Part shown: one piece after another, positions 15,409 through 24,738 of the stretch
How positions within the stretch are numbered: position 1 is the first letter of the stretch
How the letters are laid out: each line of letters starts with the position of its first letter
Source: a virus
Lineage: Duplodnaviria > Heunggongvirae > Uroviricota > Caudoviricetes
Direction: 5' to 3' (one strand)
DNA length: 35,599 nt
Virus record (IMG/VR): IMGVR_UViG_3300021255_004328
Translations under genes and position numbers: made by a program
The notes under the pieces: model-generated
Database searches by the model: none
What the model was told of the DNA's origin: nothing
What the model saw: only the letters and a program-made list of their open reading frames with translations

Positions 15409-15955
15409 TTGCAAGAACCTCTTGAATACCCTGTGAACCAATGATACGGCCTACAATGTTATCATAACCTTCTTTTGTTCCATCATAAGTATCATATTCA
15501 TATTTGTTTGCATCAAGGAACTCTTTTACTTCTGTATCAATCCCTTTTGCTTCGTCCTCTGTTTGAAAACGGCCGTTTGCATTATAAGGCTTTATTCTCT
15601 TTAAGAAGATGTTACAGTTTGCATCGCCGTATTTGTTGAACTCTTCTTTGATTGCTTCTTTCAACTTTGGAGATGTTTCTGGCGCATACAAAGCACCAAG
15701 CAAAATTGGAGAGTCGGTAATAATTACATCAACTTTACCAAAGCAGCGGCTGATTTTGAAAGCCTGTTTGCCTGTGACATAAAACTGATTTTTGAATACT
15801 TCAGAATTGTCTTCCCAGACTTTATCTTTTGCAAACTCTGAAACATATTCACAGTCAATTCCTGCAAGCTTCAACTGTGAAAATATATAAGCTGCTCCTG
15901 TTGACTTTCCTGTCCCTGGGCCACCAAAAAGATTTATAATAATTGTGTTTTTCAT
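15401..15955 (-). CDS. P-loop kinase (AAA_28/NadR-Ttd14-like), possible nucleotide kinase
   Basis: IINLFGGPGTGKST, VSEFAK, IITDSPILL, GRFQ. Confidence 0.8.
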   Translation of the reverse strand: MKNTIIINLFGGPGTGKSTGAAYIFSQLKLAGIDCEYVSEFAKDKVWEDNSEVFKNQFYVTGKQAFKISRCFGKVDVIITDSPILLGALYAPETSPKLKEAIKEEFNKYGDANCNIFLKRIKPYNANGRFQTEDEAKGIDTEVKEFLDANKYEYDTYDGTKEGYDNIVGRIIGSQGIQEVLANA

Positions 15956-15982
15956 AAAATTAAATTAACACAATTCTGCTTA

Positions 15983-16032
15983 AAGGCGAATTTTTGAACT
16001 ATAATGGAGGGAATAAAAAAAAGAATTAAGAG
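15983..16032. repeat. dispersed inverted repeat, copy B
   Basis: Reverse complement of 3204-3253 (core 32/33 identical). Confidence 0.85.
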
Positions 16033-16037
16033 TAAAT

Positions 16038-16916
16038 TTATTTTGGTAAAATCAATCTTGAATCCCAACCAAATCGAAATCCTTTTTCTGAAGAACTTGC
16101 GTGTTTTTTGATATATTCCATTAGGAATTGGTGACATCTTGTATTCCCAGTCGCGTCTTTATACCATTGTTGTGCCTTGTCAAACATATCTTTTTCAAGT
16201 TCAATTCCGATATAATCACGGTCACAAAGATATGCTGCAATTCCTGAAGAACCTGAACCCATAAAAGGGTCAAGAACTTTTTGTCCTTTAAGAGATGACA
16301 TCATAATCAATTCAGTAAACAATAAGACAGGCTTTTGGCAGCTGTGTATTTGTTTTTCACCAACATTATTATAAGCAGGAGGGGTAAAGAATGAAACATT
16401 GCCAATTCCTGTCCATCGTACTCTCATTCCTGTTGATTGGTCAAGCGCCCATCCTCTTGGTTTGCCATCTTTTACATAAGGGACAATGACTTCTCTTAAA
16501 TACTCGACTGCATTCCAAGTGTATTTTGTTGGGTCTTTTGTCAAATGCATAATCTCTTCGCGTTGTGACTTAAGTTTATGCGTTGCTCCTCTTCCTTTAG
16601 GTCGACAATAAACCATCGCATTTTCCCAGTGATTGAATAAGCCGCTGCGGTTAACACATTTTATAACTGTTTCAATCTTTGTAATCCCATAAAACATCCA
16701 CATTGAACCTGTGGGCTTCAACACTCTTTTGCATTCCGCCAGGAATTTGTCAAGGAAACCCTCGTATTCTTCATCAGACATTTTATCCCAGTCAGAGTTT
16801 TGCATATGATTTGAACCATCAAATGAAATTGCATAGGGAGGATCTGTGCAAATCAAATCAATTGAGGCATCCTCAAGGGATGCCATTATTTTAAAACAAT
16901 CGTCGTTTATATACAT
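16038..16916 (-). CDS. DNA methyltransferase, N4-C/N6-A beta class
   Basis: Motif IV DPPY precedes motif I DPFMGSGS; HSCQKP. Confidence 0.9.
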   Translation of the reverse strand: MYINDDCFKIMASLEDASIDLICTDPPYAISFDGSNHMQNSDWDKMSDEEYEGFLDKFLAECKRVLKPTGSMWMFYGITKIETVIKCVNRSGLFNHWENAMVYCRPKGRGATHKLKSQREEIMHLTKDPTKYTWNAVEYLREVIVPYVKDGKPRGWALDQSTGMRVRWTGIGNVSFFTPPAYNNVGEKQIHSCQKPVLLFTELIMMSSLKGQKVLDPFMGSGSSGIAAYLCDRDYIGIELEKDMFDKAQQWYKDATGNTRCHQFLMEYIKKHASSSEKGFRFGWDSRLILPK

Positions 16917-16937
16917 CCTAATAATTTAGTTTAAACA

Positions 16938-19004
16938 TTAAATGTTCTCTTTTATCGTAATATCTCTGAACTTGATATGTTGGTCGTATCTTACTCCGAC
17001 ACGAATATATAAAATACCTTCGATAGGTTTAGGGCCGAAAGTACAATATATTTTGCCTTCTTTTGAATCTTGAACTGCAAGACAACCTTGCATCCATTTG
17101 TCATTGATACCAATACCGTCATAAGGCGCTTTTGCATCAAGCCAATCTGTTGCGCCTAAAACTTTAATGTACATTGAGTCAACATTGAAAGCTTTTGTAT
17201 CTTTATCTTGAGTTATATTTTCAGCGTCTTCAAAGTTAATGAAAATACCATTTGCGATTTTCATATCATATTTCAAAGTTACATAACGCTTGCCACTCTT
17301 AGGACATTCACTGTAATCGAGTCCTGTCTTTATCCAAGATACATCAGAGAATACACCTGAAGTAATATACCCAGTTCCGTTGATTGAGAAGTCTTTTTCA
17401 GGCCACTGATACTTACCTGCGAGCATTTGCAATTCATTGTAGTTTCTCAAATCTGTTTGAGGGTCCCATTCACCGCAGCTGTTCACAATCATTTGGTCCT
17501 GAACTTCGCCTGAGTAAACACGACGACTTTCATCAGAGATTGTGTCAACACGGAAGTTGTAGTCAGCGTGGTGCTCGCCATTTACTTCACCAAATATGTT
17601 ATAAGTCTCAGCATCAATTCTTGTAACTTCTTGGTAAATGCCTTCAGGAATAACTAAGTCTTCTTTGATTTCAAGAGGCGGGTTGTAAGCTGCATAAGTA
17701 AGTTCTGGGAATCTTTCATATTCAAGGCCAAATGCTTTCATCTTTGAAATATGAGTCCCTTTTGTAAACTTCTTTAATGTTCTGTAATCAAGGTTGGATG
17801 CAGTAATTACATCTCCTGCTCTAGGTGTCAAAATACCTGAAACATATCTATATCCAAAAGTAGCAGGATTTGTTGATAACACAATTCTTTCATTTAATAA
17901 AGTGTCTTTATCCTGCTGCAACTCCTCACATACAACCAATTCATTTGAGAAGAAGATTGTTGAGTTATATGTATATGACATTTTGAATATCATAGGATAA
18001 ATATGAGAAGATATAATACCTGACATTTCTTTTAATGTTGATGTAAAGTGACACTTAATCTTTTTGAAAAATCCTCTTGCTGATAAAGAGTCAGGGTAAG
18101 CTTCACCGGAATAATCAATTACCAAGCCTTGTGCAACTGGGTTGTTTAAGTCTAATTCAATTCTTCCTACTTCTTGCCAAACGCCATTAACACTTACAAG
18201 CAATCTTACAGTGCCAAACCCAGGGTTATAAAATTCTGGGACATCAATTGTAAACTCATAATCGTCAAGGATAACGTGGTCGTAGTGTTCGTTTGTTTTT
18301 ATGTCTGTTGCATCAAATTCTTTTTCGCAAATAAAAGTTAAGTCCTTGCCATCAAAAGTTGCAGGCTCAGGAGGTATCATTTTATTTACATCAACGCCAA
18401 TCTTACTAAGCTCTTGGTCAACATATTGCTTTGTTGCAACTTGTTGGTCTTTTTCAGGTGTATAATCTGGGAGCATCTCCTGACGGCCATCTGTTGTAAT
18501 CATATGTTCAGGAAGTTTGCGTCCACAATAACGATAACCTGAAACATAGAATGGCATATCATATTCAGGCATACCATCAGTAAATGAAAGGTAGCCTACA
18601 CCTATATCAACTGTCCACTTTTTAAGGCCAAAAGGAATTACATCACCATTCGCATCTTCAATTATTAAATGCCATTCTTCATTCTGAATAACATCAACAA
18701 GTTTTTCTGAAAAGAAAACGGCGCGGTCATTTACTTTATCAACTTTGATATGTGTAAACTTTTCAACAACTGGAACTGAACTTCCGCCGATTGCTGCATA
18801 ATATAAATCGCCGCGCCAAATAAGTCCTTCAGGGGATGCAGGAATATATTCAGAGTCAAGCCATATTGATTTTGCATCAACTTTAGGTGATACTGTTTCA
18901 GGCTCCTCATACCAAGCAAGATTGTTATCAGTGTTTGATTTGTTCTTGATAACATTCTTATATGAGGCTTCTGCAATATGTTTTGTATATTTATCTACGC
19001 TCAT
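16938..19004 (-). CDS. putative virion structural protein (tail/baseplate)
   Basis: 688 aa, beta-rich; C-terminal domain (DYS...YVTL...WLDAKAPYDG...CTFG...LYIRVG) paralogous to that of 18991-21570. Confidence 0.55.
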   Translation of the reverse strand: MSVDKYTKHIAEASYKNVIKNKSNTDNNLAWYEEPETVSPKVDAKSIWLDSEYIPASPEGLIWRGDLYYAAIGGSSVPVVEKFTHIKVDKVNDRAVFFSEKLVDVIQNEEWHLIIEDANGDVIPFGLKKWTVDIGVGYLSFTDGMPEYDMPFYVSGYRYCGRKLPEHMITTDGRQEMLPDYTPEKDQQVATKQYVDQELSKIGVDVNKMIPPEPATFDGKDLTFICEKEFDATDIKTNEHYDHVILDDYEFTIDVPEFYNPGFGTVRLLVSVNGVWQEVGRIELDLNNPVAQGLVIDYSGEAYPDSLSARGFFKKIKCHFTSTLKEMSGIISSHIYPMIFKMSYTYNSTIFFSNELVVCEELQQDKDTLLNERIVLSTNPATFGYRYVSGILTPRAGDVITASNLDYRTLKKFTKGTHISKMKAFGLEYERFPELTYAAYNPPLEIKEDLVIPEGIYQEVTRIDAETYNIFGEVNGEHHADYNFRVDTISDESRRVYSGEVQDQMIVNSCGEWDPQTDLRNYNELQMLAGKYQWPEKDFSINGTGYITSGVFSDVSWIKTGLDYSECPKSGKRYVTLKYDMKIANGIFINFEDAENITQDKDTKAFNVDSMYIKVLGATDWLDAKAPYDGIGINDKWMQGCLAVQDSKEGKIYCTFGPKPIEGILYIRVGVRYDQHIKFRDITIKENI

Positions 19005-21570
19005 TGATTGACTCCTCTATCGACTTGATAAGAGCTCTTAAATTAACAGGCTTGCTTATCAATAATTTTATGTATAAATATCCTTCATCAACAATTGGAT
19101 CTTTACCAAAAGTAACCCATCTTCTTTCTTGTGTGCTTCTGAACAAGTCAAGGCCATTGAAAGTTTCTCTGTTGGACCAATGTCCAAAACCTGCATAAGG
19201 GACATTACAATTTACCCAACGAGTAAGAACATTTGAAGGTGCAACTGATGCATAAATTTCAATACCTTTTAATGTTCCATTTTTATTTACTGGGTAAGGC
19301 TTTTCTTCGTCATCAACAATATCCATAAAAAAGTTGTTCATTCTAGGACAAGGGAATCTTAATGTTATTGTTTGTGTTGCAGGCTTATCACTGTAATCAG
19401 GTCCAATGCCAAATTGTGTATAATCAGTTTTACCAATAATTGCGTTATGGTCTTTTACTTGTGCTTCATCAATAGGAAGTTTATCTGTAGGTACATATTT
19501 TTGGACTGCTTCAATAACGCCATCTTCAGGCGCATAAGGAGAAAGACCTACATAACGGTATTCTTCTTCATCAGAGTAATCTATATTGATAAAGTCAGTT
19601 TCTTGTTCGATTGTTGTACTTTTTGTAAGGCTTTTTACTTCTGCAATAAGTTTAATCTTTCCAAAGAAGTCGTCCATTGAGATTTCTTTTGTTTCATATA
19701 TAAGTTGGCCATTACTTAATTCATAAGCTTCACAAGGGATGTTATAACCCGCATCAACTACGATTGGGTCGATAGGAGCATACTGACTTTTGAAGTTCTT
19801 TACGATAAGTCTGAAAGCAATATCAATATCACCTTTAGATGCTTTTACACCTGACACATAATTGTTATATGTAGGCTGCTTTACAATATCAATTCTTCCT
19901 GAAGGCTCAAAATCATTATACACATTTACATAAACAGTATTTGATTTCCAGAAAATGTCTGGGTTATTTGCATCTCTTTGAATAAAGTAAATCTTGTGAG
20001 TACCTTCTGCAGCATCAGCCTCATAATCGAAAGAGAAGCCTTTATAATAACCGTGAAATGATTTGAACTTAGGATATGCTTCTCCAAAATATGTTATATT
20101 GAAGTTGCCTCTTTTACCTTCTCCAAAAGTTGTATCTCCATCATCATAACAATTCAATGTTTCTACAAGACTGTCATCAATGTAAGCTTCGACGCGGCAT
20201 CCGTTATAAAATACAATACCGTCAGTGCCTACGAGAATTTTATTTGAAGCATAAGTTTTCTTTAATGATGTAACATCAAGAACTTCGATTTCTTCTGCTT
20301 TATTTTTAATATCAATTAAGTCAAGACATTCAGGCTCTGTAGGCTCGATTGTTCCAACTCTGTCGTCTATGTTGTCAATTGCATCTTTATAATCTTTTAA
20401 GAGTTGGTTAAATGCAATCAATACTTCGCCAACAGTCAATGATGACATCATAACTGCGCCGCTGTTGAAGTCCTGATTATCGTTTGATTTATGGAGTCTT
20501 TGATTAGTTGCCCAAACATCAGCAATCTCTGGGTTAAGATCAGTGATGTCTGCCATCTTATGCTGATGCTTTTGAACATTTGTTGCAATTGCTTCAAGTT
20601 GTCCGTTCTTATTGATAATGATTGTTTCTTCATCAATAAGATTGCTTAAGTTCTGAACTAAAGTTTGATAAAGAGATACATTGTTGATAATGTTCTTTAC
20701 AAATTCTTCAAGGTCTTTTATCTGTGAAGCAGTGTGTTGGTGATTTGCACAATCTCCGCCTTCGCCATTTAAGTAATCTGAAAGGATGTCTGGGTTAACA
20801 CACAAACGGCCTTCTCTATCAAATCCCAATGAGTTTTCATCAATGTCGACAGAGATAACTGAACCGCCTTTTGTAACCTCAACTTTAATACCATCACCTG
20901 GGAGAGGCTTTATTTTTATAATCGACTCTTCAACTGTGTTAAGTCTGTTCTTTAATTGTGTAATCTCTGATGTGATTGCAGACAAATCAACATTGATTGT
21001 TCCGCTGCCTGAGCCACTTTCACTTGCTTCACCTTCAGGAAGACCTACTGCACAAAGTTGTCCAAATTCATTGATGCTGATTGTTTCTTCATCAAGTTTT
21101 AAGTTTGCAGAAATTTTTCCTGTAGCTGGGTCAAACTTGAATTGAATTGGGTTGAGTGTATTATTTGTAAAGATTGTGCTGAGTTGTTTAGCAATCAGCT
21201 TATTAAGATTGTCATCAGTTATTGCTTCGAGTTTTTTGTAAACTTCTTGAGGCAAATCATCATATTCAATGTCGCCTCCTGCAACTATATTTCCTGCATT
21301 ATCAAGTCGTACTTTTGTATACCAACCTGCATCTGGGACATTTGTATGTTTATCAGGATTGAAGCAAACTATACCGTCAGTGATACGCCAATAAGAGCGT
21401 TCTGAAAGAGTACCTCTTGACTCACAAATGTAAACAAGCCAATGATCTTTTGTATATGTGGTACCGTTAAGCGCTCCGCTCTCTGTTATATAATATGCGG
21501 CAAAATCTAAATCTGTAACTGAAGGTAAGACACCTAAAGCAGGCGACCAAACACCATAGAAAGTATTCAT
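18991..21570 (-). CDS. putative tail-fibre-like structural protein
   Basis: GWYTKVRLDxxG motif, two HQHxxxxIxDL repeats, coiled segments, shared C-terminal domain with the downstream gene. Confidence 0.6.
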   Translation of the reverse strand: MNTFYGVWSPALGVLPSVTDLDFAAYYITESGALNGTTYTKDHWLVYICESRGTLSERSYWRITDGIVCFNPDKHTNVPDAGWYTKVRLDNAGNIVAGGDIEYDDLPQEVYKKLEAITDDNLNKLIAKQLSTIFTNNTLNPIQFKFDPATGKISANLKLDEETISINEFGQLCAVGLPEGEASESGSGSGTINVDLSAITSEITQLKNRLNTVEESIIKIKPLPGDGIKVEVTKGGSVISVDIDENSLGFDREGRLCVNPDILSDYLNGEGGDCANHQHTASQIKDLEEFVKNIINNVSLYQTLVQNLSNLIDEETIIINKNGQLEAIATNVQKHQHKMADITDLNPEIADVWATNQRLHKSNDNQDFNSGAVMMSSLTVGEVLIAFNQLLKDYKDAIDNIDDRVGTIEPTEPECLDLIDIKNKAEEIEVLDVTSLKKTYASNKILVGTDGIVFYNGCRVEAYIDDSLVETLNCYDDGDTTFGEGKRGNFNITYFGEAYPKFKSFHGYYKGFSFDYEADAAEGTHKIYFIQRDANNPDIFWKSNTVYVNVYNDFEPSGRIDIVKQPTYNNYVSGVKASKGDIDIAFRLIVKNFKSQYAPIDPIVVDAGYNIPCEAYELSNGQLIYETKEISMDDFFGKIKLIAEVKSLTKSTTIEQETDFINIDYSDEEEYRYVGLSPYAPEDGVIEAVQKYVPTDKLPIDEAQVKDHNAIIGKTDYTQFGIGPDYSDKPATQTITLRFPCPRMNNFFMDIVDDEEKPYPVNKNGTLKGIEIYASVAPSNVLTRWVNCNVPYAGFGHWSNRETFNGLDLFRSTQERRWVTFGKDPIVDEGYLYIKLLISKPVNLRALIKSIEESINERR

Positions 21571-21595
21571 ATAAAATTAGTCGCCTGCTTTAAGT

Positions 21596-22093
21596 TTATT
21601 TAATTTTGAAGTCTCTTGAAACGTAACGAACTGTTACTTGCGGGTTGTGGTAAGCTTTGAGTTCTTTAACCATATTTGTAAATCTTTCAAACTGATTGTC
21701 AATTACTTCAGCAGGAACATTGCTGCGGTCAAGGCCGTTTTCAATATCGTCAGCAACACGGTCTGCACAAAGCTGTTTGTCGAAAGCGTCTTCCATAACA
21801 AAAACTACAATGTCATTATGTGGAAAGCGTCTTGTAAGTTCTTTGATTGAGCCTATGCGCAAGTTTGTATTTGAAAGAAATACATTAAAGCCGCCTGCAA
21901 GTTCAGCAACCATACGATTATCGGCTATCTTAAAAACCTTATCGTTCTGTGACTGGTCTGAAACATTACCAAGCTCTTTTCTTATATTGTCAAGATTGAT
22001 TTCAGTAGCCTGAACGCCTTTTAAAAAGAAATCAGCAAACTTTGATTTTCCTGAACCTGAGATACCCACTGTCAAATAAATTATAGGTCCCAC
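21596..22093 (-). CDS. polynucleotide-kinase-like P-loop protein (AAA_33)
   Basis: LTVGISGSGKS, DNIRKEL, TNL, R...R..VP. Confidence 0.8.
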   Translation of the reverse strand: MGPIIYLTVGISGSGKSKFADFFLKGVQATEINLDNIRKELGNVSDQSQNDKVFKIADNRMVAELAGGFNVFLSNTNLRIGSIKELTRRFPHNDIVVFVMEDAFDKQLCADRVADDIENGLDRSNVPAEVIDNQFERFTNMVKELKAYHNPQVTVRYVSRDFKIK

Positions 22094-22110
22094 TTTAATC
22101 CTCCAATAAT

Positions 22111-22362
22111 TTAGTTTAAAAATATATAAGGGAAAGCTTCTTCATTGAAAAGGGCCCAGCCTTTAATGTAATCTTCTAAAACGATATTGCCGTTTTCATC
22201 TTTTTTATAAAGAAGATTGCCCAGAAAGTCAACAGTTGCAAAAGTTTTTTGAGGGTAAGCTTTTATGACATAAATCTGGTCAAAGTCAGTAAGGCCCTTT
22301 ACAGTCACAACATTGCCTTTATGCCAATCAACTTCTATAGAAGATTTAACTCTTTCTTCCAT
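22111..22362 (-). CDS. hypothetical protein
   Basis: Start moved to ATG 22362 (MEERVK...); 83 aa. Confidence 0.6.
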   Translation of the reverse strand: MEERVKSSIEVDWHKGNVVTVKGLTDFDQIYVIKAYPQKTFATVDFLGNLLYKKDENGNIVLEDYIKGWALFNEEAFPYIFLN

Positions 22363-22675
22363 AACCTGCCTGTGCCATTTTCTGTTTGTCAAAAACTGAT
22401 TTACCATACCAAGATTCTTCTTTCCAAGTAATAAGATTGAAGTTCTTATGGTAATCGTCCCAAACAAATACAAGATAGTTCCATTCGTCTTGTGCAACAT
22501 TGATTGAACCATCTGTGTTAAAGTATGCAATCAAAGGATCTTTCAATAACGCTTTGATGTCAACATTGCCGCGGTCCCGTAAACGTTCTGCGGCGTGTTT
22601 TGAGATATGAAAATTGTTAGCAATCTCCTGTCTTTCGGCAGGAGTCAATTCTTCACCTCTGTACTTAATCTGCAT
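22346..22675 (-). CDS. DUF4258-like (RelE/BECR-fold) protein
   Basis: ISKHAAERLRDRG matches the SxHAxxRxxxR motif; start moved to ATG 22675. Confidence 0.5.
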   Translation of the reverse strand: MQIKYRGEELTPAERQEIANNFHISKHAAERLRDRGNVDIKALLKDPLIAYFNTDGSINVAQDEWNYLVFVWDDYHKNFNLITWKEESWYGKSVFDKQKMAQAGYGRKS

Positions 22676-23054
22676 CAACTTCCTTCCAAGCTTTGTAAAT
22701 CTTGGGTCCTTGACGAGCAAACCAGTCAACCATTTCCTCGTTTGTTGCCCAAGCATCAGCAGGCAAAGAACTTTCGTCAAGCCCACTTTCCATCAAAAAA
22801 GCGTGGACAATTTCGTGCCTAACAACACGGCGCATATCAGTGTACTGATCTTTCAAAGAAAAGTCCAAATTGCCAATTGTAGCCACTTTAGGGTTTTCAA
22901 CAACAATCTCCCGAGCAGGAGCGTTGGCATAACCCTTTGCTTCTTCGAAAGCAGGATCTTCATTTCGGTAAATGATTTTCCATTCACTGCCGAGGATGTT
23001 CACTTTTCTGATAATTTCGCCGTTTTCCATTTCAGCTGTTTTCTTCTTAGGCAT
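22665..23054 (-). CDS. HExxH metallopeptidase-like phage protein
   Basis: VVRHEIVHAFLMESGL...NEEMVDW. Confidence 0.75.
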   Translation of the reverse strand: MPKKKTAEMENGEIIRKVNILGSEWKIIYRNEDPAFEEAKGYANAPAREIVVENPKVATIGNLDFSLKDQYTDMRRVVRHEIVHAFLMESGLDESSLPADAWATNEEMVDWFARQGPKIYKAWKEVDAD

Positions 23055-23056
23055 TC

Positions 23057-23266
23057 TTAGTCCACCTTCCTTCCAGAATTGTCAACCAACTTTCTGGCTT
23101 CTGTAGCAATCGTTTTAGCTTCAACTGAAGAAAAATTTTCTTCCGGAACAAATTGTTTCAAAACTGATTTCAGAGCTGCACGAAGCTTTTCATTTTCCTC
23201 GTGCTGCTTCATCCAATGTTTCTTATAATAATTGATAACGTTTTCGTTATTAACCCTTTTAGACAT
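23057..23266 (-). CDS. small coiled-coil hypothetical protein
   Basis: Start moved to ATG 23266 (GGAG SD); 69 aa. Confidence 0.65.
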   Translation of the reverse strand: MSKRVNNENVINYYKKHWMKQHEENEKLRAALKSVLKQFVPEENFSSVEAKTIATEARKLVDNSGRKVD

Positions 23267-23435
23267 ATTCAACGTCTCCTCTTTCGATTGCTTCACGGAT
23301 GTAGTCTTCAGTCTTTGCAGCTTCATCGAAGTCTTCTGGGAGACCGTAATAAGCGCCTTTTTCAGGAACATATACAAGTCCAAAAGCTTCAAGACCTACT
23401 TTCTCTTCTGCAAAAACATACATACCTTTCAACAT
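23259..23435 (-). CDS. small acidic hypothetical protein (58 aa; below ORF-track cutoff)
   Basis: GGAGG SD; MLKGMYVFAEEKVGLEAFGLVYVPEKGAYYGLPEDFDE... Confidence 0.7.
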   Translation of the reverse strand: MLKGMYVFAEEKVGLEAFGLVYVPEKGAYYGLPEDFDEAAKTEDYIREAIERGDVEYV

Positions 23436-23445
23436 AATCTTCCTC

Positions 23446-23715
23446 CTATTTTACTGTTATTCTGTCCCACTTTGCAATGGACCCAGGGACCTTTGCCCAT
23501 TCTTTACAAAATGTCTTAAACTCAGAAACTTCGTCAGCTGTGAATTCATCAACAACCCGACTCTTCCAAAGAAGACTTCCATCAGAGCTATAAACTGCAT
23601 ACTGAACTTTATCATTTTGATGTTCAGCTCTTAAAACAGCCAAGGAAATCCCTTTTACGATAGCATCAACGATTGCAATTACACCAATCACTGCAAGGAT
23701 GTATACAACTATCAT
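23446..23715 (-). CDS. membrane-anchored hypothetical protein
   Basis: Hydrophobic N-terminus MIVVYILAVIGVIAIV; GGAG SD. Confidence 0.7.
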   Translation of the reverse strand: MIVVYILAVIGVIAIVDAIVKGISLAVLRAEHQNDKVQYAVYSSDGSLLWKSRVVDEFTADEVSEFKTFCKEWAKVPGSIAKWDRITVK

Positions 23716-23725
23716 TTTGCTCTCC

Positions 23726-23800
23726 TTATCTTGACATAGCCCAAAGACCTACACAACCAACAACACAGATAGCAATTACTGCTATAGCAAAGTCACTCAT
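23726..23800 (-). CDS. 24-aa hydrophobic micropeptide
   Basis: MSDFAIAVIAICVVGCVGLWAMSR*; ATGA overlap with the upstream stop, GGAG upstream, fills the gap exactly. Confidence 0.55.
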   Translation of the reverse strand: MSDFAIAVIAICVVGCVGLWAMSR

Positions 23801-24261
23801 TTCCACTCCAACCAAGTAATATCTTTAAGATATACCTTACGACCTTTGTAAGGGCTGTAATCATCGTCAGTAACGATTTCAATATAATCTTTTTTGAAGT
23901 TTTTGCCAAGGTGAAACTGAAACTCAATATCGCCTTGCATAAACTGTTCTTTTCCGTTATACATAAAATATATTTCAGAACATCTTTCAAAAATATTTGA
24001 CTGATATATGAAAGAGTCCCAACTCATATTGCAAGGATAAATACCTTTTGTCTTTTCGTTGATAAAACTTTCAAACTTCTTAAACTTTGGCTCCCAGTAC
24101 TTGCGTCTAAGAATACCATAAATGTGTCGAACAGGAGCAGTAAAATCCTGTCCAAGGCAGTAAAGGAAACGGCTCAATTCACGCTTGCTGAACTCGAAAG
24201 GAGCACCTGTTCTCAACATATCAATGTAAAAGAAAAACAACTTTGAACCGCTCTTTCCCAT
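23797..24261 (-). CDS. hypothetical protein
   Basis: Start moved to ATG 24261 (GAGG upstream); 154 aa. Confidence 0.7.
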   Translation of the reverse strand: MGKSGSKLFFFYIDMLRTGAPFEFSKRELSRFLYCLGQDFTAPVRHIYGILRRKYWEPKFKKFESFINEKTKGIYPCNMSWDSFIYQSNIFERCSEIYFMYNGKEQFMQGDIEFQFHLGKNFKKDYIEIVTDDDYSPYKGRKVYLKDITWLEWK

Positions 24262-24262
24262 C

Positions 24263-24625
24263 TTACCAAACCTCTTCTTCAACGTTGTCGTGGAACTCAG
24301 CGCCAAGTTCAACATAAGCCTGCATTACTTTCTGAACCTTTTCGTAAGGTCCTGCAGGAATAAACCAGTCCTGTCCGTAGTCGATGTAAAGGCCGACTTC
24401 CTTAGGATCTTCAGGATTACGGGCTTCGTGAATTCCGTTTCTAAGGAGTGTATCAACATACCACCCAGGAGTCATCTGAATCCAAGTTGTTCCGTTTTTA
24501 CGGGTCTGTCTTTCAAGAAGATGTGCTGTAGGCGCGCAAGGTTTATTCTGCCAATCTGTTTCAAAGATTGCAACTCCCCATTTTTCATCCACAAACTTAA
24601 CTGCCTTAGCCTTCTTTATATCCAT
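24263..24625 (-). CDS. hypothetical protein
   Basis: 120 aa, GGAGG SD, first gene after the promoter motif at 24660-24688. Confidence 0.8.
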   Translation of the reverse strand: MDIKKAKAVKFVDEKWGVAIFETDWQNKPCAPTAHLLERQTRKNGTTWIQMTPGWYVDTLLRNGIHEARNPEDPKEVGLYIDYGQDWFIPAGPYEKVQKVMQAYVELGAEFHDNVEEEVW

Positions 24626-24659
24626 AAGTTCCTCCTTTTATCGAACTGTTTACAATAAT

Positions 24660-24688
24660 AATATAAAGAAGTCGGTTAAGAAGTTTAA
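24660..24688 (-). promoter_or_regulatory. putative early promoter (copy 4)
   Basis: TTAAAC-N17-TATATTATTATTGTAAA. Confidence 0.65.
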
Positions 24689-24738
24689 TTTTTCACTAAA
24701 TTTTTTATTAAAGTTAATATATTTTTAGAGGTTATTTT

